This document shows positions 20,413-30,694 of a stretch of 30,694 bases of DNA, one piece after another; within the stretch, counting starts at the first letter, position 1; each line of letters starts with the position of its first letter. The DNA comes from Planctomycetota bacterium. GTDB lineage: Bacteria; Planctomycetota; UBA1135. A program made the position numbers and the translations under genes. Location of the stretch: positions 1 to 30,694 of the forward strand of contig JASFYO010000026.1 of assembly GCA_045047305.1 (NCBI GenBank), given 5' to 3'. Under the pieces are notes generated by a model that was not told the DNA's origin, did not search any database, and saw only the letters and a list, made by a program, of their open reading frames with translations.

Positions 20413-20559
20413 AAGTTGAGTGGTGGAGGGAATGAGTGAGGCCCCAATCAAAGATTAGCCTCTAGGCACGCTTTGAGGTAAAAAACTCGCCTCTGATTTT
20501 CCCTAATAATCGCAAAAGAGTACCCTTCATGTCGCGATCCTCCTACCAAAGCCCCTTTC

Positions 20560-21114
20560 ATGTCCAGAAAACCCTCCCACCTGACGTCCATTGCTCAGGT
20601 AAAAGCCCTGGGTTCCGCCATCCGTCAAACGGTTTGGAACCTCATCACTCTCCTGCAGCCAGTCGCCGCAAGAGATTTGCAAAAACTCATGGGCCTCGAA
20701 AGGCATGCCCTTTACTACCACCTGCGGGTTTTAGAGGAATGCGAGTTGATCTCCAAAAAGCAGGACAATCAACATGCAGTAACCTACGAAACTTTTGCCG
20801 AAGACATCTTGATCCAACCTAGTGATTCTCCAGAATGGCAAGAGGTTCTTACCGATGTTGTTCGCAGCTCTATGCGCCGGCTATCCAATCGTTTAGAAAG
20901 CTCGATTAAGCAAACTGGCGCGCAGGTGGAAAACCGCAAGTACCTCTCGGGATCGATGACACTTTTCCTGAATGACCAAGGTCGACAACTATTAAGGAAC
21001 CGACTCAATCAACTCTGGGACGACCTTGAGGAGTTTCAGGACGTGCCCAAGAAAGATGAAAAGCCATACTACTTTGCCTTTGGATTCGCTCCAGAATCCT
21101 ATGGGCAGGATTAA
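20560..21114 (+). CDS. ArsR-like winged helix-turn-helix transcriptional regulator
   Basis: KALGSAIRQTVWNLI...AARDLQKLMGLERHALYYHLRVLEECELI helix-turn-helix, with a C-terminal helical extension; divergent from the beta-helix gene. Confidence 0.8.
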   Translation: MSRKPSHLTSIAQVKALGSAIRQTVWNLITLLQPVAARDLQKLMGLERHALYYHLRVLEECELISKKQDNQHAVTYETFAEDILIQPSDSPEWQEVLTDVVRSSMRRLSNRLESSIKQTGAQVENRKYLSGSMTLFLNDQGRQLLRNRLNQLWDDLEEFQDVPKKDEKPYYFAFGFAPESYGQD

Positions 21115-21190
21115 AGCTCAACCTCCGTCCACACGTATTCCTGTGGAATAGGCATGCTTTCAGTTGCAGTAAATGCCGAAAGTCGTGCGC

Positions 21191-21838
21191 CTAAATCCGC
21201 TCCGCCAACACCAAGCGGTGTCCGGAACCGACCACAAAGAGCATCGGGTCTTCCACAATCTTGAAGCCGGCTTCTTCGGCTAATGCCTGTACCTGAGTGC
21301 GGCGAAGGGTGTTCTTCGGACGCTTCTTCGACAAGCCCATCTTGGTGCGGGCCTTACGGATGACGTTCTTCAAGGACGCGCTATCAAAGTAAGAGAAGAT
21401 GACGAAGCGACCAGATACGCGGAACAGTTCTTCTACATGTTCACGCCGTACCACCGGGTCTACCAAGTGGTGATTCAAGCGCATGGAAAACACCACGTCT
21501 ATCGCCTTGTCCTGCAACGGGATTTGATGCCCGAAACAGCGCATGCGGCCGAGCAAGGGAGTGTTGGGGAAAACATCGACCACCTTTTCCACCATACTTC
21601 CACTGTAATCCGCCTCGATGACATCGGCGCCTTGAGCGCGCAGCATCGGCATGTAGCGCCCCCATCCACATGGAAGGTCTAGAGCCGTCGAAACTGATCC
21701 GATGTGCGCGAAGTAACGGTCCAGCAACTTGCGCTCCCGCTTATCACTAATCTTGCGATGCAGCTTGGTGTACTCATCGAGATATTCTTCCGCACCTTCG
21801 GCGGCGTGGTAGGCAGCAAGTCGTTCAGGGAGAGTCAT
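21191..21838 (-). CDS. Class I SAM-dependent methyltransferase
   Basis: Motif I LDLPCGWGR, ADYSGSM, IPLQDKAIDVVFSMRLNHH and ELFRV. Likely start ATG 21838, 14 nt after the kinase stop. Confidence 0.85.
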   Translation of the reverse strand: MTLPERLAAYHAAEGAEEYLDEYTKLHRKISDKRERKLLDRYFAHIGSVSTALDLPCGWGRYMPMLRAQGADVIEADYSGSMVEKVVDVFPNTPLLGRMRCFGHQIPLQDKAIDVVFSMRLNHHLVDPVVRREHVEELFRVSGRFVIFSYFDSASLKNVIRKARTKMGLSKKRPKNTLRRTQVQALAEEAGFKIVEDPMLFVVGSGHRLVLAERI

Positions 21839-21852
21839 CTTTAAGCTCAGCG

Positions 21853-22635
21853 TTAGGGGCGGTGGCCGCTCCAAATCGCGCCTAGATAATACGCGATGCG
21901 ACGTAGCTTCTGCCCCCATCGGCTGCGCAATCCTGGACGGAAATCGCCGAGCAGGGAGGAGCCGTCGTAGGCAAGGAGGATGGCGTCGATTTGGGCGGGC
22001 GTGAAAATCGAATGTGCACCGCAGAGGTCTTCAAGATCAAGGCGTCGGATGCGCGGGCTGACGGGCTGTTTCCAGCGGCAGGTATACGGCACATCAATCA
22101 TTTTGACGCTAGGCTCGCCCTCAAGGCACAGCATAAAGTTCTTCGCCTGCATGCGGAAATGCCCGAAGCCCTCATCGTGCAGTTGCCGCGCGATGCCACC
22201 AACCATGGCGCAAACCGGCAAGGTGAGCTCTTCCGCCTCACTGTGAGCACGTAGCCAGTCCGAAAACGGTTCCACCGCCCCCAGACATTGAGTGACGAGT
22301 ACCGAATACTCCAAAAACGGGCCTTTGCGTGATTCCGCATACCAGTCCGGCTTGGCCACTGGAAGCCGTGCAAGGTCCATCGCAAGTAAAGCACGGAACT
22401 CGCGCGATGCCCGACTTCTAGCCGCTCCACTAAACCAAAAACGGGTGGGCGGAATGCGGTACTCCTTGAAAAACAGGAAGTTGCCATCTCCTTGAGAAGC
22501 GCGCCAAATCCGCGTTTCGCGCTCGTCCTTGATCGGTTCGACGGATTCTCGGCTACTTTGATATAGCTGCTCGCAGCACTGCACCGTATTGCATAAAGCA
22601 CCAGGGTGCATCTCGCAGCGGGTGAAAGTGGACAT
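21853..22635 (-). CDS. Lipopolysaccharide-kinase-like (InaA/Kdo/WaaP family) protein with an atypical catalytic loop
   Basis: FFKEY (ATP-binding Lys), SRASREFRAL, LPVAKP, SVLVT, LH..G..H.....N.M, MID and DL..L. Likely start ATG 22635. Confidence 0.75.
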   Translation of the reverse strand: MSTFTRCEMHPGALCNTVQCCEQLYQSSRESVEPIKDERETRIWRASQGDGNFLFFKEYRIPPTRFWFSGAARSRASREFRALLAMDLARLPVAKPDWYAESRKGPFLEYSVLVTQCLGAVEPFSDWLRAHSEAEELTLPVCAMVGGIARQLHDEGFGHFRMQAKNFMLCLEGEPSVKMIDVPYTCRWKQPVSPRIRRLDLEDLCGAHSIFTPAQIDAILLAYDGSSLLGDFRPGLRSRWGQKLRRIAYYLGAIWSGHRP

Positions 22636-22733
22636 TGCAGGAAATCTTAACGTGGCGTCGGATGAAAGGCCGCTCTTGGACAAGCACTATGGGTGCTGTG
22701 GAGAGTTCACTCGCGACGTTTCACCCGCGACGA

Positions 22734-23039
22734 TCACTCTTCCGCTTCTTTCTTGCACTTCTGCTCAGCAGCGTAAATTTTGGCGAAGACCATTCCGAGG
22801 CAAACACCAGCTCCAGCGCCAATCGCTGACCCCAGAGCTAGATTGCCGAAGGCCAGCCCGAGGGAAGTTCCAAGACTGGTGCCCATAGCCACGCCCATGC
22901 TCATCCCGAGGGTCTTGGGGTTTTCCGTTCCTTTGCAGGCTTGCCCGACCTGGTCTTCGGACTCAGTCTGACTCGTCCGGTTTGACCGCCTGGGTCGACT
23001 GGTTCGTTTCTCTCGTTTCACTGGTTTCTTTTTCGTCAT
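22734..23039 (-). CDS. Small glycine-zipper membrane protein
   Basis: GMSMGVAMGTSLGTSLGLAFGNLALGSAIGAGAGVCLG GxxxG repeats; co-oriented with the SPFH and RHH genes. Confidence 0.6.
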   Translation of the reverse strand: MTKKKPVKREKRTSRPRRSNRTSQTESEDQVGQACKGTENPKTLGMSMGVAMGTSLGTSLGLAFGNLALGSAIGAGAGVCLGMVFAKIYAAEQKCKKEAEE

Positions 23040-23202
23040 GGTTCTCTTCCACTTTTAATCTTCCGGCTTTCTGCACCACCTGGCATAAAAGCATTTCCAC
23101 CTGAGCATTCAAGCTGCGGAAGTCATCGTCCGCCCAGCGACGCAGTGCATCGTGGAGTTTCGGGTCGACCCGCAGCAAGAAACTTTTTCGCTCTTTCGCC
23201 AT
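22963..23202 (-). CDS. Arc/ribbon-helix-helix DNA-binding protein
   Basis: RKSFLLRVDPKLHDALRRWADDDFRSLNAQVEMLL is the RHH type commonly found after SPFH genes. Confidence 0.88.
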   Translation of the reverse strand: MAKERKSFLLRVDPKLHDALRRWADDDFRSLNAQVEMLLCQVVQKAGRLKVEENHDEKETSETRETNQSTQAVKPDESD

Positions 23203-23220
23203 CGGCGAGATCCTAAATCA

Positions 23221-24102
23221 CTAGTAAACGCTTCCGGCGTTGATGACCGGCTGAGTCGCTTTATCCCCACACAAAACCACCAGTAGGTTAGAAACCATTT
23301 GGGCTTTACGCTCATCGTCCAGTTGCACAATGTTGCGTTCGCTGAGTTTATCCAAGGCCATCTCGACCATGCCAACCGCTCCATCCACAATCCGTGTACG
23401 GGCGGCAATGATGGCCGCTGCTTGCTGACGCTGGAGCATGGCCGATGCGATTTCTTGCGCATAAGCCAGGTGACTGATACGTGCTTCCAACACTTCGACG
23501 CCGGCTTTCTCCAAACGATTTTGCACCTCAATCTTTAGTTGCTCGGCGATTTCGGCGGTGTGACTACGCAAAGCCACGTTGCCGTCTTCGTGGGCATCGT
23601 AAGGGTACTGCGTGGCCATGTTGCGTAGTGCAGCCTCGCTCTGCACCATGACATAATCTTCATAGTCATCCACTTCGAACAGTGCTTCTGCTGTATCGGT
23701 GACTTTCCACACCACGACGGCACCAATCTCAATCGGGTTTCCCTCTAGGTCGTTGACCTTTAGCTTGTCACTATCAAAGTTGCGGACACGGACGGATATC
23801 TTTCGCTTCAAGGTGAACGGATTCGCGAACCAAAGCCCAGTGTCATGCACCGTGCCGACGTAGTTTCCGAAGAGAGTGAGGACGCGAGCTTCATTCGGGT
23901 TTACTGCAAATAAACCACACAAGGCAAGGATCACAGCAAAAAAGCATAAGACTCCAAAAATCCCAGCGACAGCGCCCATGCCATCAATCTGAGTCTCACT
24001 TGCGTAGACAAAACTGCAGAATCCTAGGGCAATGAGCCCAGGAATACCCAAGATGAGGACCATCAGGCCCGACTTAGCTTTAAACGGGGTTTCTTGAATC
24101 AT
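23221..24102 (-). CDS. SPFH (band 7) domain membrane protein
   Basis: Two N-terminal transmembrane segments; [53 protein letters not shown] and [10 protein letters not shown]. Confidence 0.93.
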   Translation of the reverse strand: MIQETPFKAKSGLMVLILGIPGLIALGFCSFVYASETQIDGMGAVAGIFGVLCFFAVILALCGLFAVNPNEARVLTLFGNYVGTVHDTGLWFANPFTLKRKISVRVRNFDSDKLKVNDLEGNPIEIGAVVVWKVTDTAEALFEVDDYEDYVMVQSEAALRNMATQYPYDAHEDGNVALRSHTAEIAEQLKIEVQNRLEKAGVEVLEARISHLAYAQEIASAMLQRQQAAAIIAARTRIVDGAVGMVEMALDKLSERNIVQLDDERKAQMVSNLLVVLCGDKATQPVINAGSVY

Positions 24103-24126
24103 GCCCTACGATACGCACGAGATAGC

Positions 24127-24142
24127 AATGTGATATCACTTT
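24127..24142. promoter_or_regulatory. Palindromic operator upstream of the SPFH-RHH operon
   Basis: AATGTGATATCACTTT with a perfect core GTGATATCAC at 24130-24139, 27 nt upstream of the SPFH start codon. Confidence 0.65.
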
Positions 24143-24195
24143 TCTGCATTATCTTTGGATTTAAGGGCTTACTAGCTTCGATGCTTGTAGAAAAT

Positions 24196-24242
24196 CCACC
24201 AGATACAGGGCTTGAACTACAGCCCCACACTACATATTGTGC
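24196..24242 (+). promoter_or_regulatory. Tandem NrdR boxes overlapping a sigma70-type promoter of nrdAB
   Basis: ACACTACATATTGTGC (24227-24242) matches the NrdR consensus acaCwAtATaTwGtgt. A degenerate box CCACCAGATACAGGGC starts 31 bp earlier. TTGAAC(24212)-N17-TATTGT(24235). Confidence 0.8.
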
Positions 24243-24356
24243 CTATTGGGAATACGAGCAACGGACCCCTCAGCCGCGTACATCCATTCATGCCTAAACC
24301 CAACTAGGCAAGTCACTTAGAACCCACAGCAGACCCCTAAAGGAGCCACCCCACCG

Positions 24357-26756
<2,400 letters not shown>

Positions 26757-26760
26757 CCCG

Positions 26761-27771
26761 ATGCGTAAAGTTTCCATTCTCGATCCAGGCTTCGACCTGA
26801 CCCTGCGACCGATGCGCTACCCGGTGTTCTTTGACATGTACAAAGACGCCATCAAGAACACCTGGACGGTAGAAGAAGTTGATTTTTCGACCGACGTCAT
26901 CGACCTAAAGGAACGCTTGCTGCCAAGTGAACGCCACCTGATCCATCGTTTGGTTGCTTTTTTCGCAACCGGGGATTCGATTGTGTCGAACAACTTGGTG
27001 TTGAATCTGTACAAGCACATCAACTCGCCGGAGGCACGCATGTACCTCTCGCGGCAGTTGTACGAAGAGGCGCTGCACGTCGACTTCTACCTCACGCTCT
27101 TGGACACTTACATCCCAGAGCCGAAGGAACGTCACGAGGCATTCGCTGCAATCCACAACATTCCATCGATCAAGAAGAAGGCGGATTTCTGTTTCAAGTG
27201 GATTGACTCGATCCAGGATTTGCAGCGCATTGAAACCGAGGAAGACCGGCGTAAGTTTTTACTCAATGTAATTTGCTTCGCATGTTGCATTGAAGGCATG
27301 TTCTTCTTTGCCGCATTCGCCTACGTTTACTTCCTACGCTCGAAAGGTTTGCTCAATGGCCTCGCATCTGGCACCAACTGGGTGTTCCGCGATGAGAGCT
27401 GCCACATGGGTTTCGCCTTCGAAGTCGTTAGCACAGTCCGCGAAGAAAGCCCGCACCTGTTTGATGATCGCATGCGCGCGCAAGTCATCGAAATGATGCA
27501 AGAAGCACTCGAGTGCGAAATGGCTTTTGCCGACGATCTGCTGGAAGGCGGTGTGCCTGGACTTTCACAAACCGACATGCGCACCTACCTTCAGTTTTGT
27601 GCCGACCAACGCCTTGCCAACCTAGGCATGGAAAAGCACTACCACGTGAAGAACCCTTTCGCGTTTATGGAACTGCAAGACGTGCAAGAACTCTCCAACT
27701 TCTTTGAGCGCAGAGTTTCTGCCTATCAGATGGGAGTGAGCGGAGAGGTTAGTTTCGACGAGGCTTTTTAG
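26761..27771 (+). CDS. nrdB: Class Ia ribonucleotide reductase beta subunit
   Basis: Ligands FFATGD, EEALH...Y (radical Tyr present), IEGMFF and RDESCH; C-terminal NFFE.RVSAYQ. Confidence 0.96.
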   Translation: MRKVSILDPGFDLTLRPMRYPVFFDMYKDAIKNTWTVEEVDFSTDVIDLKERLLPSERHLIHRLVAFFATGDSIVSNNLVLNLYKHINSPEARMYLSRQLYEEALHVDFYLTLLDTYIPEPKERHEAFAAIHNIPSIKKKADFCFKWIDSIQDLQRIETEEDRRKFLLNVICFACCIEGMFFFAAFAYVYFLRSKGLLNGLASGTNWVFRDESCHMGFAFEVVSTVREESPHLFDDRMRAQVIEMMQEALECEMAFADDLLEGGVPGLSQTDMRTYLQFCADQRLANLGMEKHYHVKNPFAFMELQDVQELSNFFERRVSAYQMGVSGEVSFDEAF

Positions 27772-27790
27772 GCTTCCACGCCATCAACAC

Positions 27791-27826
27791 AAAGAGAGCC
27801 GACGAATCGCTTCGTCGGCTCTCTTT
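27791..27826. terminator. Bidirectional terminator between convergent nrdB and the membrane-protein gene
   Basis: Perfect 16-bp inverted repeat AAAGAGAGCCGACGAA-TCGC-TTCGTCGGCTCTCTTT. Confidence 0.88.
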
Positions 27827-27848
27827 CGTTTGACGCAGAAAGGAAAAC

Positions 27849-28184
27849 CTACTTCTGCGCATCCCCTTCGCGCGCCTTGTACTCCTCCAACAACCTGTCA
27901 TCGAGCGCACCCTGGCCCTTCTCCATCACCTCTTCAACCTTCGCGCCCGCATCCTTGGCGCCGCGACGCAGTGCATCATTGGTGGCCTCTTCGCCGACAA
28001 AGAAGTAAGAGGCGACTAGCGCAACGGCAAGTAGCAGCAGGAAGAACACAAACAGCTTCATGGCGACTCGTAAAAGCGCAATAGCAATCACCACCACCAG
28101 GACGCCCAACAACACCGCCAGCACTGGGCTTGTATCGAAGTAATCAGCATAGTCCTGCAGTAATGGGGGGAGCTTGTCGTACAT
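27849..28184 (-). CDS. Small membrane protein of unknown function
   Basis: 111 aa; two long hydrophobic segments and a charged helical C-terminal tail; fills the gap between nrdB and rpe. Confidence 0.75.
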   Translation of the reverse strand: MYDKLPPLLQDYADYFDTSPVLAVLLGVLVVVIAIALLRVAMKLFVFFLLLLAVALVASYFFVGEEATNDALRRGAKDAGAKVEEVMEKGQGALDDRLLEEYKAREGDAQK

Positions 28185-28241
28185 GGCGCAATCCTAGCAA
28201 GACCCGAACAAGAAACACTTGTCCGCTGCTAAACTGCGCAA

Positions 28242-28931
28242 ATGCCGCTTCCGAACCGCATCGCCCCCTCCATTTTGGCCTGTGACTTCGCGCGCCTGGG
28301 CGAGGAGATGGCCCGCGCTGAAGAAGCCGAAGCCGATTGGCACCATGTCGACGTCATGGATGGCCACTTTGTGCCAAACCTGTCGATTGGACTCCCGGTA
28401 GTTGCCGCCGCTAAAAAGTTCGCCAAGCTTCCCCTCGACGTCCACCTCATGATTGAGGAACCCGGCGCTTGGGCTGAACGTTATGCCGAAGCCGGAGCCG
28501 ACATCCTCAGCTTCCACTATGAAGCCGCAGCATCCAACTTTGAGGCCACACTGCAACAGTTTCGCGCCACAGGTAAAGCGGTTGGGGTTGCATTCAATCC
28601 CCCCGCCGGCGTCGACGTCATCCGCCCCTACCTCGACCAACTCGATTTAGTGTTGATCATGTCGGTACACGCTGGATTTGGCGGCCAAAGCTTTATGCCC
28701 GAAGTCCTGCATAAGGTGGAGCAACTTCGGTCCTGGGGCTTCCGTGGCGACATCCAAATCGATGGCGGCGTTTCAGATCAAACCATTGGAGCTTGTGCCA
28801 GCGCCGGCGCCAACGTTTTTGTAGCCGGAACCTACCTTTACAAGGCTGCTTCCATGCCTGCGGCAGTCCGAGCGCTGCATCAGGCGATTGAAACCGTCTC
28901 CCCGCGCGAAAACGGCGCTCCGGTAGAATAG
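28242..28931 (+). CDS. rpe: Ribulose-phosphate 3-epimerase
   Basis: Motifs APSIL..DF, HVDVMDGHFVPN, DVHLMI, MSV..GFGGQ, IDGG and VAG. Confidence 0.97.
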   Translation: MPLPNRIAPSILACDFARLGEEMARAEEAEADWHHVDVMDGHFVPNLSIGLPVVAAAKKFAKLPLDVHLMIEEPGAWAERYAEAGADILSFHYEAAASNFEATLQQFRATGKAVGVAFNPPAGVDVIRPYLDQLDLVLIMSVHAGFGGQSFMPEVLHKVEQLRSWGFRGDIQIDGGVSDQTIGACASAGANVFVAGTYLYKAASMPAAVRALHQAIETVSPRENGAPVE

Positions 28932-28935
28932 GACC

Positions 28936-29772
28936 ATGGCGTTTCGTCTACGGAAGAAGAAGGACATGCCCGGCGGCTTGTGGAGCAAGTGCCAGGCCTG
29001 TGGCAAAATGATTTACTCCAAGGAACTCGAGCAGAATATGTTCGTGTGTCCAGAGTGTGATTTCCACAGCACGGTTTCTGGTCGCAAACGCATTGAGATC
29101 ACCGCCGATCCCGGCACCTTTGTCGAAAAGTTCACCGATCTAAAACCGGTCGACCGGCTCGGTTTTATCGACAACATTCCTTACTCGGAAAAGATCATCA
29201 AGGCCCAGGAGAAAACCGGCAACGCAGATGCTTGCCTAGCTGGAACTTGCCGCATCGGCGGACATGAAGTGGTGTTGGCAGTCCTTGATTTCACCTTTAT
29301 GGGTGGTTCCATGGGCGAGGTCGTCGGCGAGAAAATCACTTTGGCGGTCGAGCTTGCCGGTGAAAAAGGCGTGCCCGTCATCCTTTTCTCTGCTTCGGGC
29401 GGTGCACGTATGCACGAAGGCGCGATTTCCCTCATGCAGATGGCGAAGACCTGTGGCGCGCTTCAATCTTTCTATGAAGGCGGAGGATTCTCCATTTCCG
29501 TCATGACCAACCCCACCACCGGCGGGGTGACTGCCAGTTTCGCCAGCGTCTGCGATATCACCGTCGCCGAGCCAAACGCCCTCATCGGCTTTGCTGGGCC
29601 CCGCGTCATCCAGAATACCATTCGCCAGGAGCTCCCTGAGGGCTTCCAGCGCTCGGAATTCCTTATGGATAAGGGTCAAGTCGACATGATTGTTGAGCGT
29701 TCATGTATGCGAGAGCGCCTTGGTGTGCTCCTAGGCTATGCTGACCAGCATAATGAAGTCATGAACAGCTAA
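28936..29772 (+). CDS. accD: Acetyl-CoA carboxylase carboxyltransferase beta subunit
   Basis: Zinc ribbon CQAC...CPEC; FMGGSMG, SGGARMHEG, PTTGGVTASFA and IGFAGPRVI. Confidence 0.97.
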   Translation: MAFRLRKKKDMPGGLWSKCQACGKMIYSKELEQNMFVCPECDFHSTVSGRKRIEITADPGTFVEKFTDLKPVDRLGFIDNIPYSEKIIKAQEKTGNADACLAGTCRIGGHEVVLAVLDFTFMGGSMGEVVGEKITLAVELAGEKGVPVILFSASGGARMHEGAISLMQMAKTCGALQSFYEGGGFSISVMTNPTTGGVTASFASVCDITVAEPNALIGFAGPRVIQNTIRQELPEGFQRSEFLMDKGQVDMIVERSCMRERLGVLLGYADQHNEVMNS

Positions 29773-29850
29773 AAACCCTCGGCTGAGCGTTAACCAGGCT
29801 CAAAAAAGCGCTAAAGTCACAGTCGAGAATAACCGAACAAACACTTACTC

Positions 29851-30279
29851 ATGGATTCGAACCAAACACCTCAACGGCCCACACCGGAACCTAGTCTTAC
29901 CAAGACAAAGGCTTTAGTGTTGTCTCAAGATGCTGTGCTCGGATCCCGCCTCATCGGCCGTCTTGGAAGCTTCGGCATTGAGACCCGAGAGGCCAGCTGC
30001 GCCAGTGGAGCTGCAGCCATCCTTCGCCGTGCGGATTTACGCGGCCAACCCATCGACTTTCTCATCGTCGATGGACGTTTCCAGGGCATTTGCGGCATGA
30101 GCTTAAGCGCCGCTCTGTGCGTGACTCTGCGCAAGCGTCCGGTGGTCCTACTGCAGGCGCCGCTCGAAGCATGCCTCGATCAAAAGGCACTCAATCGCTC
30201 CGGGGTGAAGGCGGTGCTCGAAGCCGACTTCGGTCGCGAAGAGCTCCAGGCCCTGCTTGAGAATTGCCGCACTGCCTAG
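29851..30279 (+). CDS. Stand-alone receiver-like (probable pseudo-receiver) domain protein
   Basis: Alternating beta/alpha pattern of a receiver (KALVL..., DFLIVD...GICGMSL, VVLL, GVKAVL) but without the canonical acidic pair, Thr/Ser and Lys-Pro. Confidence 0.65.
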   Translation: MDSNQTPQRPTPEPSLTKTKALVLSQDAVLGSRLIGRLGSFGIETREASCASGAAAILRRADLRGQPIDFLIVDGRFQGICGMSLSAALCVTLRKRPVVLLQAPLEACLDQKALNRSGVKAVLEADFGREELQALLENCRTA

Positions 30280-30301
30280 TCGGCTAAGAAAGCCATTTGG
30301 G

Positions 30302-30330
30302 TAGCCAACAGCCCATCTCGCCGCTATACT
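30302..30330 (+). promoter_or_regulatory. Putative sigma70 promoter of tRNA-Asn
   Basis: TAGCCA-N17-TATACT, followed by a GC-rich discriminator-like stretch, 13 nt before the tRNA. Confidence 0.5.
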
Positions 30331-30343
30331 TCGCCGCTCATAA

Positions 30344-30419
30344 TCCCTGATAGCTCAGTTGGTAGAGCAGCTGACTGTTAATCAGCTTGTCACAGGTTCA
30401 AGTCCTGTTCAGGGAGCCA
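30344..30419 (+). tRNA. tRNA-Asn (GTT)
   Basis: 76-nt cloverleaf: acceptor TCCCTGA/TCAGGGA, D-arm GCTCAGTTGGTAGAGC, anticodon GTT at 30377-30379, T-loop GTTCAAGT, encoded CCA. Confidence 0.98.
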
Positions 30420-30426
30420 AATCAGG

Positions 30427-30465
30427 AAGGTCACTAGATTCGTCTAGTGACCTTTTCTGTTTTTT
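30427..30465 (+). terminator. Rho-independent terminator after tRNA-Asn
   Basis: AAGGTCACTAGA-TTCG-TCTAGTGACCTT hairpin followed by a T-rich tail. Confidence 0.85.
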
Positions 30466-30549
30466 GGGGGGGTATATGGGGGTTAGGGCTAATCACCCAG
30501 ATCCCCACTGTGGGCTTAATCATCCGGCGCCTTTATCCGCACCCGCCAA

Positions 30550-30693
30550 CTACCGCGCCTTGGCGATCTTTAGCTTGCCGATTTTGGCCTGCTTCTTCAC
30601 CGACTCTTCGCTGCGGGTAAGCCCAGCAGCAATCGATTTAAGACTCATGCCCTTGCCCGCCATAAAGCGGAGCTTCTCAAGTTCGGAAGGAGT
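30550..30693 (-). CDS. Small basic HTH/Myb-like protein; 5'-partial and absent from the ORF track
   Basis: Manual translation: ...TPSELEKLRFMAGKGMSLKSIAAGLTRSEESVKKQAKIGKLKIAKAR*, with a T..E...L......G.S...IA..L.RS..SV helix-turn-helix pattern. Confidence 0.65.
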   Translation of the reverse strand, partial: TPSELEKLRFMAGKGMSLKSIAAGLTRSEESVKKQAKIGKLKIAKAR

Positions 30694-30694
30694 C

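Noticed and set aside
22963..23202. RHH protein as an antitoxin of a toxin-antitoxin pair
   Set aside because: There is no recognisable toxin neighbour. The SPFH-linked context fits a regulator better.
26761..27771. NrdB as an unusual class Ic, Id or Ie subunit
   Set aside because: The first ligand is Asp (FFATGD), the radical Tyr is present (EALHVDFY) and the other ligands are intact, which is consistent with class Ia.

Overview
A bacterial chromosomal segment, most likely Planctomycetota-like. This is an inference from the accD GGARMHEG variant, an expanded family of secreted carboxypeptidase-regulatory-like proteins and G-poor leaders without Shine-Dalgarno sites. Housekeeping genes (tilS N-terminal part, gap, pgk, class Ia nrdAB with NrdR boxes, rpe, accD, tRNA-Asn) are interleaved with accessory genes. 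These are an S8 protease with three PKD domains and a duplicated unassigned domain, three diverged collinear ~850-875 aa membrane-anchored paralogs, a GAF-containing hybrid histidine kinase, a beta-helix protein, an InaA-like kinase/methyltransferase pair, an SPFH/ribbon-helix-helix operon with a palindromic operator, and a pseudo-receiver. The left edge is the most anomalous part. TilS is cut right after its catalytic domain and continues in frame into an unrelated, Rhodobacteraceae-like protein, followed by an arsR gene missing from the ORF track. This is either an assembly chimera or a real gene fusion. Downstream of tRNA-Asn there are att-like G-rich repeats and a partial small HTH gene. 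No CRISPR array, transposase, integrase or reverse transcriptase is visible. All family assignments come from motif recognition, not database searches.
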